Below, in pieces: positions 36,755-45,711 of a stretch of DNA of 64,000 bases (positions are counted from its first letter, which is position 1; every line of letters begins with the position of its first letter). Both the position numbers and the translations under genes were made by a program. Under the pieces are notes generated by a model. The model ran no database searches, was not told the DNA's origin, and was given only the letters and a program-made list of their open reading frames with translations. The DNA is from Chloroflexota bacterium. Its GTDB lineage: Bacteria > Chloroflexota > Anaerolineae > UBA2200. The stretch covers positions 16,165 to 80,164 of the forward strand of contig JAUWJD010000011.1 of the NCBI GenBank assembly GCA_030607875.1, in the 5' to 3' direction.

Positions 36755-37486
36755 CTACTTGCGGTGGATATCCGAGGCGCCGGACGTCTCCATCCTGCCC
36801 AGCGTGGGGCTGCCGAGATAGTAGACGTCTGAAGCACCACTGGCTTCCACATCCAGCCTGCCACTGGGGTTCACAGTCACCTGGCTGGCGCCGCTCGCGT
36901 CAACGTTGGCGTCCACGACAGCGAAAGCGGACAGATCGACGGCGCTCGCCCCCTCAGCCTTGATGGTCGCGTCACCCGCAGAACCAGTCAAGGTCGCGCG
37001 ACTGGCGCCCGAGACGTCAAATCCGGCATTCCCGGCTTTGATATCGCCGCGCAAGGAACTGGCTCCGGACAGGTCGACGTCAAGGGCCTTTGTGGACGTG
37101 AATCCGGTGATGATAGCGCTGCTGGCGCCGCTCAGAGTCAGCCCTGTCAGCGCAGGCATGGTGATCTCGGCCTGCAGGGTGACATTCCTGACGAAGTAGG
37201 CTCGGTTCGGCTCGAAGCTAATGTGCAGCGTGCTGCCTCTCTTGACCACCTCGAGGTGCTTTTCCAGGTTGTCGTCGATGCGGATCACCACACCGTAGGT
37301 CTCTCCCTGGCGCACCTCGACCTGGAAGGCATGGCCCGCGTCAATCCTGTCGAATCCGGTGATGTTTTCTTCTCGGGTCACGATGTTGCCCGAGCCGGTG
37401 ATGGAGACCCCGCGCGACAAGTCGCAACCAGCCAACAGGGTGACCACGCAGAGTGCGAGTCCCAGAATCAGTAGTTTGCCATTCAT
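36755..37486 (-). CDS. Head GIN domain (DUF2807) lipoprotein, paralog 2
   Basis: LLAGC lipobox; SGASS repeats; clearly homologous to 32131-32796. Confidence 0.85.
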   Translation of the reverse strand: MNGKLLILGLALCVVTLLAGCDLSRGVSITGSGNIVTREENITGFDRIDAGHAFQVEVRQGETYGVVIRIDDNLEKHLEVVKRGSTLHISFEPNRAYFVRNVTLQAEITMPALTGLTLSGASSAIITGFTSTKALDVDLSGASSLRGDIKAGNAGFDVSGASRATLTGSAGDATIKAEGASAVDLSAFAVVDANVDASGASQVTVNPSGRLDVEASGASDVYYLGSPTLGRMETSGASDIHRK

Positions 37487-37589
37487 TCTTGTCCTCCTCT
37501 TTCTTGATGCTTTCAGTCGCATTGGTCTTGCTGCGTTCCAGACACATCTTCGCCTCACGCACCTCCCCTCGGGTCTTGGTGGGATCACC

Positions 37590-37847
37590 CACCTCAACCC
37601 CCTGCTCCAGAATCCCTTCCAGCTCAGCTTTGTTCTCGTTGCCGAGTTCTAGCCGTTTGATTCCCACCTTCTTCATCGCAGCCAATGATTCCGCCCTGGT
37701 CAGATCGCCGGCGGACCTGGCAGTCTGTTTCTAGATCTTTTTGATGCCTTTCTGAGTCAGCTTGATGGCCGCAGCGATGCCGCCAACCAGCAGAATCGCG
37801 AGCAGTGCCCTTGCCAGAATACGTCGTCTGACGCCCCTACGTCTCAT
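37590..37847 (-). pseudogene. Small Arg-rich membrane protein gene interrupted by an in-frame TAG
   Basis: AGGAGG RBS; MRRRGVRRRILARALLAILLVGG...KKI*KQTARSAGDLTRAESLAAMKKVGI; TAG at 37731-37733 is codon 39; 3' end uncertain. Confidence 0.55.
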
Positions 37848-38156
37848 TGGAAGACCTCCTCTACCTGTGCAGGAACCTGCAATTAGAGAATCTCACACTG
37901 CCTGATCCCCAGAACTGCTACGTACCATCCCCTGTCAGATTCAGTTCGACTTGGCTGACCGAAATCAGCGACAGGCCCGCATCACGCACTCTGTTTGCAG
38001 TCCATGCAGCCCAGCTTGGCGGGCGACCAGACCTGTGTGCGTCGGATCCTCGTGCTGGTCATACTCCATGGTCAGATCATCAAACCACTCTTTCATTGCT
38101 CATCCCTCTTGCTGTCTTTGACAACCTGCCGATAAGTCTGAAAGCAGCGTACATCG

Positions 38157-38534
38157 TCAGTCGTCGGCGTTGGCGAGCAGTGCAGCCAGCGTGGGTATCA
38201 GCTCGGTTCGCATCACTCGCTTCGGTACGTAGGCGCTCGCGCCAGCTGCTGTCGCCTCGGCGCGATAGGTATCGCCTTCGTGAATGGTCAAGATCACGAC
38301 TTGCGCAGACGGCAAGATGGCCTTGATCTGTCGTGTGGCTTCAATGCCGCTGATCCCTGGCAGGCTGATGTCCAAAACAACCAGGCGTGGCGATTCGACT
38401 CGGAGCAGGGCGACGGCGTCCTCCCCGCTCGCAACCTCAATCACGCGACACTGGGAAAACTCTGTCTCCAGCCAGGCTCGCAATGACCTGCGTACGGCGT
38501 CGTGATCCTCGACGATCAGAATTGTTGCTGGCAT
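38157..38534 (-). CDS. Single-domain response regulator (REC only, NarL-like)
   Basis: ILIVEDH, VVLDISLPG, ILT, YVPK. Confidence 0.9.
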   Translation of the reverse strand: MPATILIVEDHDAVRRSLRAWLETEFSQCRVIEVASGEDAVALLRVESPRLVVLDISLPGISGIEATRQIKAILPSAQVVILTIHEGDTYRAEATAAGASAYVPKRVMRTELIPTLAALLANADD

Positions 38535-38621
38535 ACGACATCCTCTTCCGCCAAGACGCGGCACTCTGCGGCTTACTCTTGCAGTGCTAGCGACAGCTTA
38601 CCACGTTCTGCAGCATTTGTC

Positions 38622-38685
38622 TGTCGGGAGAGTCTGACACTTGGTGTAGGGGAACCTTGACAATTGGTGTAGGGAAACCTTGACC
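38622..38685. promoter_or_regulatory. Three tandem 18-bp imperfect palindromic boxes with 5-bp spacers
   Basis: TGTCGGGAGAGTCTGACA / TGTAGGGGAACCTTGACA / TGTAGGGAAACCTTGACC. Confidence 0.7.
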
Positions 38686-38761
38686 AACCACACTGGGGGG
38701 CTTTTCCACGCTCGGGGCGAGCGGCGGCTGAGTGCCCTGGAGTGCAGCGGCTTGGGTTGGG

Positions 38762-38892
38762 CCCTTCGGCTTTGCTTCGCGCAGCATCCCGGAGCGTCAG
38801 CGGAGCGGACAGAACACACCCTTCGACTTTGCTTCGCGCAGCAGATGCACCTGTCGAAACCGGTGTATCGCTTGTACTGAGCGTGTCGAAGT
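38762..38892. repeat. REP-like remnant (CCCTTCG.../...GTCGAAG type)
   Basis: cccttcgrctttgcttcgcgcagca twice; ctgagcgtgtcgaag. Confidence 0.55.
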
Positions 38893-39139
38893 GAAGCCAG
38901 AGTGAGCCGCCCGCGCCACAGCCCCTGGTCTCGATAACGCCCTACCAGACTCTCGCTCCCGCGGCACAAGAGTCCAGCGGCGCGGCGTCCAGAACGTTGT
39001 CTTGAGCCGTTACGCTGGCGGACGGAGTACTGCAGTGACCGGTGCAGGAGCCGGAGTTGGCGCAGGTCGAACGAGAGGGAGAGAAAAGGATGGGGTGCGA
39101 GCCAACCCTCAGCGCCGCACCGTGCTGACGGCGATCAAA

Positions 39140-39173
39140 GGCCCCAGCCGGGGGAATTCCCCCGGCTGGGGCC
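39140..39173 (-). terminator. Perfect 34-bp palindrome after the S8 gene
   Basis: GGCCCCAGCCGGGGGAATTCCCCCGGCTGGGGCC followed by TTTG on the minus strand. Confidence 0.75.
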
Positions 39174-39217
39174 GCGGCGGGATCGCCAGAGCAGCCGGTC
39201 CAGGTCAGGGTGGTGCG

Positions 39218-42200
39218 CTAGGGGCCGGCCCTGGTCACCTTGAAGGACACGTCGTCCACCCAGGCGGTACTGGGATTCGTCGCGTTGGTAAAGACGTCGA
39301 AGGCCACCAGCACCGTTTGTCCCAACAGTGGCGTCAAATCGGTACCACTGACCACAAGCTGGAGGTTCAGCCACTGATTCTCAGGCATAAGATACACAGA
39401 TTGACACTCGCCGGCGAACACATGGGTAATTTCGCTGTCGACAATCTCATAGCACAAGACTTCTTCAGGATCTGGATCGTTGCCAGAGACCCTGCACCAA
39501 AAGTCCAGCGTGACCTCAGTGGCATTGGAGGGCACCGTCACCTCCTGGTAGACATAGTCTACAGCGTAGTTATAGCCAGCCAAGCGGGCCGACCAGCGGG
39601 CAGAGTGATACACTTGATCGGTCAGATCGGGCGATCCGACGGTTTGCCACGGTGCCCAGGTGCCTGTATCAAAGGTGCGGTTCTGCAGGAGTTCATCCGG
39701 GTCGTAATTCTTCAAGACGATGGGCAGGTAGACGGTGGTCTCCAGTCCCGGCTCCACGACCTCCTCCCGCAAGTTATCCCCTGAAGCTACCAGAGCAAAG
39801 GGCTGTGATCCGCCACTTGCCACATTGTGTCCGCGCACGATGACGGTGTAGGCGCCGTCCGAGGCACTCGGAATGATGACCCCTTCGATGTTGTTGCAGG
39901 CGTCCCATTGCCCGCCCCGCAGGCACGGGTTGCCGCCGTGGTAGAGATCCCGATTGCCGTAGTGATGCGTGCCGTCGGGAGCGAGAACCTCCAGGTCGAG
40001 GTCGTTGACCAGGGCCTTGGCCGCGAGGGGCTCGGCAGGGTAGTCGGTCCAGCCCAGGGTGATGCGGAGGGAGCCGCGGCTGGTCCAGCCCTGTCCGTCT
40101 GCTTGCTGCGCTGGCACGCCCAGCGACTGGGAAGCGCCCACGGTCAGCGTGTACACGGCGCTGCCGCCGGTGCTAAGGCCGGCCGTGTTATCCTCAAGCC
40201 ATAGACTGTGTGGGTCTGGCGGGTCGAGGCTCTCAACCAGGTCTACCCGGCCCCAGCCGGTGACGTTGTTGGGACGCAGGGCAGGGATCTCCCGGCTGCC
40301 GCCGGTGCCGTACTGGCCGGGGCTGATGTCGGCAGCGCCGTTGATGAATACCGCCTTCATCAGGGCGGCGCTGGGATCGGCGATGTCTCGGATAGTGGTG
40401 AGCCATTCCCGCACCAGGGCGGCGGCCCCGGCGGTGAGGGGCGTGGCCATGCTGGTGCCGCCCATCATGACATAGGCCTCGTCCACGGCCTCGCCCGGCT
40501 GGGCCAGTCCAACGCTGCTCATCGTCCCCCAGTCGGACCCGTCCACGCGGATGTCGTCTAGCGACCAGGTGCTGTTGTAGGTCGCATCTGGACTGAAGAT
40601 TTCAAAGCCAATCCTCAGCTCCGTGGGGTTGAACCCTAGCTGGATCAAAGTGCTCACCTTGAAAGGGCGATGCATTGTAGTGTAGGTGCCTTGGGTGCCG
40701 GAAACGTTCAGAGGGAAGGCCCGCGCTCGTAACAGGCCGGGATCACTGATATCCGGGGCGAGCAGGACGACACGCACCTGGTCGTTCCCTCCCAGCGTGT
40801 ACTTGTGCCAGAAGTAGATGTCGAAGAAATCACCCGCAGGCATGACGTTCATCGGCCGGGTGAAGAGGGCGGTCGTCGCACCAGCGTTGTACGTCCCATT
40901 CACCGTCTGTTTCCGGTAGTGGCTGCTGCTGTGAGGATCATCGGTGAGGAGCTGCCAGAAGACCGTGCCGCCCTGGAAGGATGCTTGCAGGTAGCCACTC
41001 GTATCGCCCTCCATATCGTCGTCAAAGACGTACTGATAGGTGCGCATAGAGGCAATGAAGGTGCCGGGAGCGACGATATCCGGCTTGACCCGGCCGTCGT
41101 CGGTGGGGCCCCGGCTGGAAAAGGCGGCCATGCCATCGGGGTTGTCGGCCCTCCTATCGCTGGCGATGGGCTCCCCCCAGGGATCACCCCACTTGGATTC
41201 GGGACCCCAGACGAAGGGGATGCTGCCCCGGTCGCTCTCCGACGCCCCGACGGTGAGCACGTTCTTGGCCGTGCCCGGAGAGAGCACCGAGTCGAGGTCA
41301 ACCACGCCATCGCCATCGCGGTTGGTCGCCTCGTTGCCGGCGCCAAAGAGCACGAATTGGTCCTTGTGCTCCCACATCGCCTGGTCCACCTGGTGGCTGG
41401 CAGTGTTATAGCCGCCATAAGGGTTCTCCTCTGGACCGGTGGGGGCGCCCCAGGAGTTGGTGTGGATGCGGGCGCCGTAGTCGTAGGCGTCGCGCATCAG
41501 GTCGCCCTTGTCCTCGGGGATGCCAGTCAGACGCCCCAAGGCATCGCCCACGCTCTGGAAAACCAGTTGGGCCTGGGGAGCGGTCCCGGCATACGTGCCG
41601 CCAGATACCGAGCCGTCGCCCAGCACGGAGCCGGCGACGTGGGTGCCGTGGCCACCATAGTCGCTCCAGTCACAGGGGTCGGGGCGGCCCAGGCAGTCGG
41701 TCTGGATTACCCGCCCCCGCACGTCGGGATGCAGGGTATTCAGGTCACCAGTGTCCAGGCCAGTGTCGGCCACAGCCACGATCTGCCCGCTGCCGCGGAG
41801 GCCCATGCCGCTCCGTATCTCGCCGGCGCGCATTATCTGGCCACCGGCCACGTCGTTCAGCAGATGCGGCTCGAAGTAGGGCTCCACCCAGAGCACGCCG
41901 TCCAGCGCGGCCAGGCCGGTCAGCCAGTCGGTGGTCAGACTCGCCCGCAGGTAGCCGGCGATGGCGTTGGTGGCCCGGCCCTGCACTTTGCCGTCCCAGG
42001 CTTCCACCTGCGCGGCCAGCGCATCCAGGTCGGCGCCGGGCAACGTCTGCACCGTCACGGAGATGGATCCCGAATCGCCGATCGCGGTTCCTGAGAGATC
42101 GGGCGACAGGCGGTACGCGGGGTGGTAGAGGCCGACCCAACGGACGAAGGAGAGGCCCCGCACGCTCTCCGCCGTGGCGGGGTCCATGCGGGCGATAAAA

Positions 42201-42499
42201 GCGTAATCGGGGATGTAGCCGTAGAGACGCACGCCGGCCTTTTCCACGGCGGCCTTCCATTCATTGTGTACCGGGCCGGTGAACTGGACGAGGTAGGTGG
42301 TCGGGCGATCGGCCTGAATGGTGAGCCGCTGCCCGTCAGGGATGTCGGGCTCACCAACCAATGGGTCGAAGGTGGCCACCTGCAACCGGATGAGGGGCGG
42401 ATCAGAGGGTGACGTGGTTTGAGCTGCAAGGTGACCGGCTCCCAGCAAGGTCATCAGAATCAACAGGGGGACCAGGATCAGAGTAGCTTTCTTAAACAC
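39218..42499 (-). CDS. Secreted S8 subtilisin-like protease (KP-43-like) with an internal insertion and a C-terminal CBM-like domain
   Basis: VADTG (D), HGTHVAG (H), GAGNE, GGTSMATP (S); GTG start after GGAGG; signal peptide. Confidence 0.92.
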   Translation of the reverse strand: MFKKATLILVPLLILMTLLGAGHLAAQTTSPSDPPLIRLQVATFDPLVGEPDIPDGQRLTIQADRPTTYLVQFTGPVHNEWKAAVEKAGVRLYGYIPDYAFIARMDPATAESVRGLSFVRWVGLYHPAYRLSPDLSGTAIGDSGSISVTVQTLPGADLDALAAQVEAWDGKVQGRATNAIAGYLRASLTTDWLTGLAALDGVLWVEPYFEPHLLNDVAGGQIMRAGEIRSGMGLRGSGQIVAVADTGLDTGDLNTLHPDVRGRVIQTDCLGRPDPCDWSDYGGHGTHVAGSVLGDGSVSGGTYAGTAPQAQLVFQSVGDALGRLTGIPEDKGDLMRDAYDYGARIHTNSWGAPTGPEENPYGGYNTASHQVDQAMWEHKDQFVLFGAGNEATNRDGDGVVDLDSVLSPGTAKNVLTVGASESDRGSIPFVWGPESKWGDPWGEPIASDRRADNPDGMAAFSSRGPTDDGRVKPDIVAPGTFIASMRTYQYVFDDDMEGDTSGYLQASFQGGTVFWQLLTDDPHSSSHYRKQTVNGTYNAGATTALFTRPMNVMPAGDFFDIYFWHKYTLGGNDQVRVVLLAPDISDPGLLRARAFPLNVSGTQGTYTTMHRPFKVSTLIQLGFNPTELRIGFEIFSPDATYNSTWSLDDIRVDGSDWGTMSSVGLAQPGEAVDEAYVMMGGTSMATPLTAGAAALVREWLTTIRDIADPSAALMKAVFINGAADISPGQYGTGGSREIPALRPNNVTGWGRVDLVESLDPPDPHSLWLEDNTAGLSTGGSAVYTLTVGASQSLGVPAQQADGQGWTSRGSLRITLGWTDYPAEPLAAKALVNDLDLEVLAPDGTHHYGNRDLYHGGNPCLRGGQWDACNNIEGVIIPSASDGAYTVIVRGHNVASGGSQPFALVASGDNLREEVVEPGLETTVYLPIVLKNYDPDELLQNRTFDTGTWAPWQTVGSPDLTDQVYHSARWSARLAGYNYAVDYVYQEVTVPSNATEVTLDFWCRVSGNDPDPEEVLCYEIVDSEITHVFAGECQSVYLMPENQWLNLQLVVSGTDLTPLLGQTVLVAFDVFTNATNPSTAWVDDVSFKVTRAGP

Positions 42500-42709
42500 A
42501 GTTGACCTCCTCTCTTGTGTTGTTATAGCTTCTTCTGAAACGTTCGTCATCATTTTCTCATCTCCTTTTCCTGTTAGAGCTTGACCGTTAGCGAATTCAG
42601 GTTTGATTTGGTTGAGGTCAAGGATAGCGTACGCCGATGGATGCCACGCACTCTGGCGATAGTCGCCGGTCTGACAGAACATTCCAGCGGAGCTGGAGGG
42701 CTGAATCAC

Positions 42710-42788
42710 ATTCCTCTGCCTCCAGCCAATCTCGCAGCGGCCTGCGTACCGCGTCGTGATCCTCAACGATTAGAATCGTCGCCAGGAT
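42710..42788 (-). pseudogene. 5' remnant of a duplicated REC gene
   Basis: ILATILIVEDHDAVRRPLRDWLE versus MPATILIVEDHDAVRRSLRAWLE at 38534; start ATG changed to ATC. Confidence 0.75.
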
Positions 42789-42875
42789 AGAACATCCTCT
42801 TCTGCCAAGACGCAGCGTTATGCGGCCCATTCCTGCATCGGCACGTGTAGGCTGACACATTCTGCAGCATCTGTC

Positions 42876-42939
42876 TGTCAGGAAAGTCTGACAATTCATG
42901 TAGGGAAACCTTGACAGTTGATGTAGGGAATCGGAGATG
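42876..42939. promoter_or_regulatory. Second copy of the triple 18-bp boxes
   Basis: TGTCAGGAAAGTCTGACA / TGTAGGGAAACCTTGACA / TGTAGGGAATCGGAGATG. Confidence 0.7.
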
Positions 42940-42942
42940 TGG

Positions 42943-43596
42943 CTATTCCAGCGGCGTCAATCCGTGCTGGATGGCAAACTTGACGAGACCGGGGAGGTCG
43001 CTGATGCCCAGCTTGTGCATCAGGCGACTGCGGTAAGTATCGACGGTCTTTTGGGAAAGGGAGAGGGTGTCGGCGATCTCGGCGCTCGATTTGCCCTCAA
43101 CGACGAACTGCAGGACCTGGCGTTCGCGCGGGCTGAGGCGCGCCAGCGGACCTTCCGTCTCGGTGGCCTGGCGCCGGAGCACATAGTCGTCAACCAGCCT
43201 GTCCGAGATCTTGGGGCTCAGGTAGCGGCGGCCGGCGTGAACAGCGCGAACGGCATTGACTACCTCGATGCCAGCGGATTCTTTCAACACGTAGCCACGT
43301 GCTCCAGCCTGCAATGCCCTAGAAACATGTTCCGTTGTGGAGTGCATTGAGAGGATGATAACCTGAGCAGAAGGGCAAACATGGCCGATTTCCCGTGCCG
43401 CCTCGATGCCGTTCAGTTCGCGCATGGCGATGTCCAGGATCACAACATCGGGGCGGAGTTGTGTCACCTGGCGCACCGCGTCGCGCCCGTTGGCCGCGTC
43501 GCCGATCACTTGAATGTCGGGTTGCGCCTCTAGCAGGAACCGCAGCCCATCACGAACGACGGCGTGGTCGTCGGCCAGGAAAACGCTGATGCTCAT
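42943..43596 (-). CDS. NarL/FixJ-family response regulator (REC plus LuxR HTH)
   Basis: ADDHAVVR, ILDIAM, LSPRERQVL, SQKTVDTYRSRLMHKL. Confidence 0.95.
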   Translation of the reverse strand: MSISVFLADDHAVVRDGLRFLLEAQPDIQVIGDAANGRDAVRQVTQLRPDVVILDIAMRELNGIEAAREIGHVCPSAQVIILSMHSTTEHVSRALQAGARGYVLKESAGIEVVNAVRAVHAGRRYLSPKISDRLVDDYVLRRQATETEGPLARLSPRERQVLQFVVEGKSSAEIADTLSLSQKTVDTYRSRLMHKLGISDLPGLVKFAIQHGLTPLE

Positions 43597-45278
43597 CGCT
43601 CCACCTCCACGATGACCCGCGTACCACGCCGGGGGTCAGACTCAATGCGGCAACGGCCGCCAACTGCCTCGGCGCGCTCGGTCATGCTGAGCAGCCCCCA
43701 CCCCCAACCTCCATCGGGCTCAGCCGGATGTGCAAGGTCGAAGCCGATGCCGTCGTCGGCAACGACCAAGCGGAAGGTTCCACCGTCCACCTCCACGGTC
43801 ATCGTCACTTGTGTGGCCTGCGCATGCTTGGCAACGTTGGTCAACGCCTCCTGTGCGATGCGGAACAAGGCGTTCTCGACACGTGCGGCCAGCCGAGGAA
43901 CGGGCTCCTCGCCCTGCACGGCAATGGCGATGTCTGTCCGCCGCCCGAACTGCTGTCCGTACCAGTGCAGCGCGGCCACCAACCCATAGTCGTCTAGCAC
44001 TGGCGGCCGCAACTCGGCCATCACGTCGCGAATTCGCTCGGCCGTCTGCTCCACCAGCGACAGCGAATCATCCAGGCGGGAGCGCACTGGTGCTGCTGTC
44101 TCGTCAGGCATCTGCGACCGAATGATATTCAAATTGATGCCCAGAGCGGTCAGGTTCTGCCCCACCTGGTCGTGCAGCTCCCGCGACAGTCGCTGCCGCT
44201 CGGCTTCTGTCACATCGGCCAACTGCGCGCCGCGGGCGCGCAGGCGCTCGGTGTGCTGCTGCAGTGCTTGCTCCGCCCGCTTGCGCTCGGTGATGTCGCG
44301 CATAGACTCGATGATGCCCTCAAACGTGCCATCCTCCCCCCACAGCGGCGAGGCAATAACCTCAACGAATCGCCGCTCTCCGTCTGCCCAGTGGTGTTCG
44401 TGCACCACCGTGACCGGCTGGCCTGACTCGCGCACCTGTCCCAGTGGGCAGGGGTGCTCCATGCCCTCGCAAGGTATCTCACGCTGGCAGCAAACTTGAT
44501 GGCACAGCGGAGATTCTGATGCGCCAGTGCCTCCGGGCAAGGACTCGCGCGCCGTTCGGTTCATCAGCTTTACCCGGTAATCCGTGCCGACCACCATGAT
44601 CGGCTCGGCCACGCCATCAATGATCGTTTGCTGAAATGCGCGCGTCCCTTCGAGCTCCTCCGCGGCCCGCTTGCGCTCCTCCGCCGCCGCCAGTTCCTCC
44701 GCCTGAGCCGCATAGACCTGCAACTGCTGGTGCACGGTCTGGAGTTCAGCCAGGAGTTTCTGGCTCTCTTCACGGGCGGTTTCAGCCTGGCGAATGAAAA
44801 ACACGTAAGAACCGATCACGAGATTGGCGACCGTGTGTATCAAGGCCAAGGGGAAGCCCACGCCCCAGCCAAAGTGATAGAGCATCAAGACAGCCGCGAC
44901 AACAGTGAAGACAGCTATCCATCGAAAGCCGGTTCGTGGAGGGAAAACATGCATAGCCTGTAGGGCGAGGGCAAAAAACAGAACACCATAGAAATCCACC
45001 CTGGGAGTGACAAATGACAGGGCACAGATGATGCCGGTCTGCACCGCCAGGTAGAGATGCGTATACCGTCGAGAGCGGCGGGTGAGCCAGGGCTCAATCA
45101 CCAACAGCAGAAGAAAGGCCGCCAAGAGGCCGGCTATTGCCCACAACAATAGGTGGGCCTGAAACGAACTCAGGAAGCGAAATGCAGTGCCTATGGCGAA
45201 GAAGTAGGCTGCCAGGTATGTGATCAGGGTTCTGTGACGAGCCATGAACCTATCCTCTGTCTGCTGATCATAGACCAT
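43593..45278 (-). CDS. Membrane PAS-domain sensor histidine kinase (HisKA_3)
   Basis: N-terminal TM helices, PAS/PAC, ERQRLSRELHDQVGQ, EALTNVAKHA, DDGIGF, GWGLLSMTER. Confidence 0.95.
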   Translation of the reverse strand: MVYDQQTEDRFMARHRTLITYLAAYFFAIGTAFRFLSSFQAHLLLWAIAGLLAAFLLLLVIEPWLTRRSRRYTHLYLAVQTGIICALSFVTPRVDFYGVLFFALALQAMHVFPPRTGFRWIAVFTVVAAVLMLYHFGWGVGFPLALIHTVANLVIGSYVFFIRQAETAREESQKLLAELQTVHQQLQVYAAQAEELAAAEERKRAAEELEGTRAFQQTIIDGVAEPIMVVGTDYRVKLMNRTARESLPGGTGASESPLCHQVCCQREIPCEGMEHPCPLGQVRESGQPVTVVHEHHWADGERRFVEVIASPLWGEDGTFEGIIESMRDITERKRAEQALQQHTERLRARGAQLADVTEAERQRLSRELHDQVGQNLTALGINLNIIRSQMPDETAAPVRSRLDDSLSLVEQTAERIRDVMAELRPPVLDDYGLVAALHWYGQQFGRRTDIAIAVQGEEPVPRLAARVENALFRIAQEALTNVAKHAQATQVTMTVEVDGGTFRLVVADDGIGFDLAHPAEPDGGWGWGLLSMTERAEAVGGRCRIESDPRRGTRVIVEVER

Positions 45279-45636
45279 TGCGCATCGCTACCGCTATGAG
45301 TACCCGTGTCCTACCATAGCGTGCACACAGCCGCGTGCGAGAGACCGGCTCTCCTGGGATGGAAAGGCCATACGTCTTGGTCGTCAAGAGCGGCATGCAG
45401 GCACTTGGCTTCCTGGGCAACATTGCGCGATCAACGTCACCGCTGAACCAGCGCTCTCACGTACCATGATTCTACCACATGTTGTCCTGCTGCGCAATGC
45501 CGCGAGTAGCCCAAGACTCCCCGGCACACTTGACCGCGGCAAGCTTTGCGCAGCGCTTTGGCCAGGATGTCTGTTCTGGTTATGTCCAGTTCCGAAGGGG
45601 GCCCAAAACCCCTCGGGGCTCGCGGCAGTACGGAAA

Positions 45637-45702
45637 ACCACGGAGGCACGGAGGACACCAAGACAATGACTGGGCTCTCTGTGTCCTCTGTGTCTCCGTG
45701 GT
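45637..45702. repeat. Inverted repeat with 9-bp periodicity after glmS (likely terminator or REP)
   Basis: ACCACGGAGGCACGGAGGACAC ... GTGTCCTCTGTGTCTCCGTGGT. Confidence 0.7.
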
Positions 45703-45711
45703 CAGAGCACC

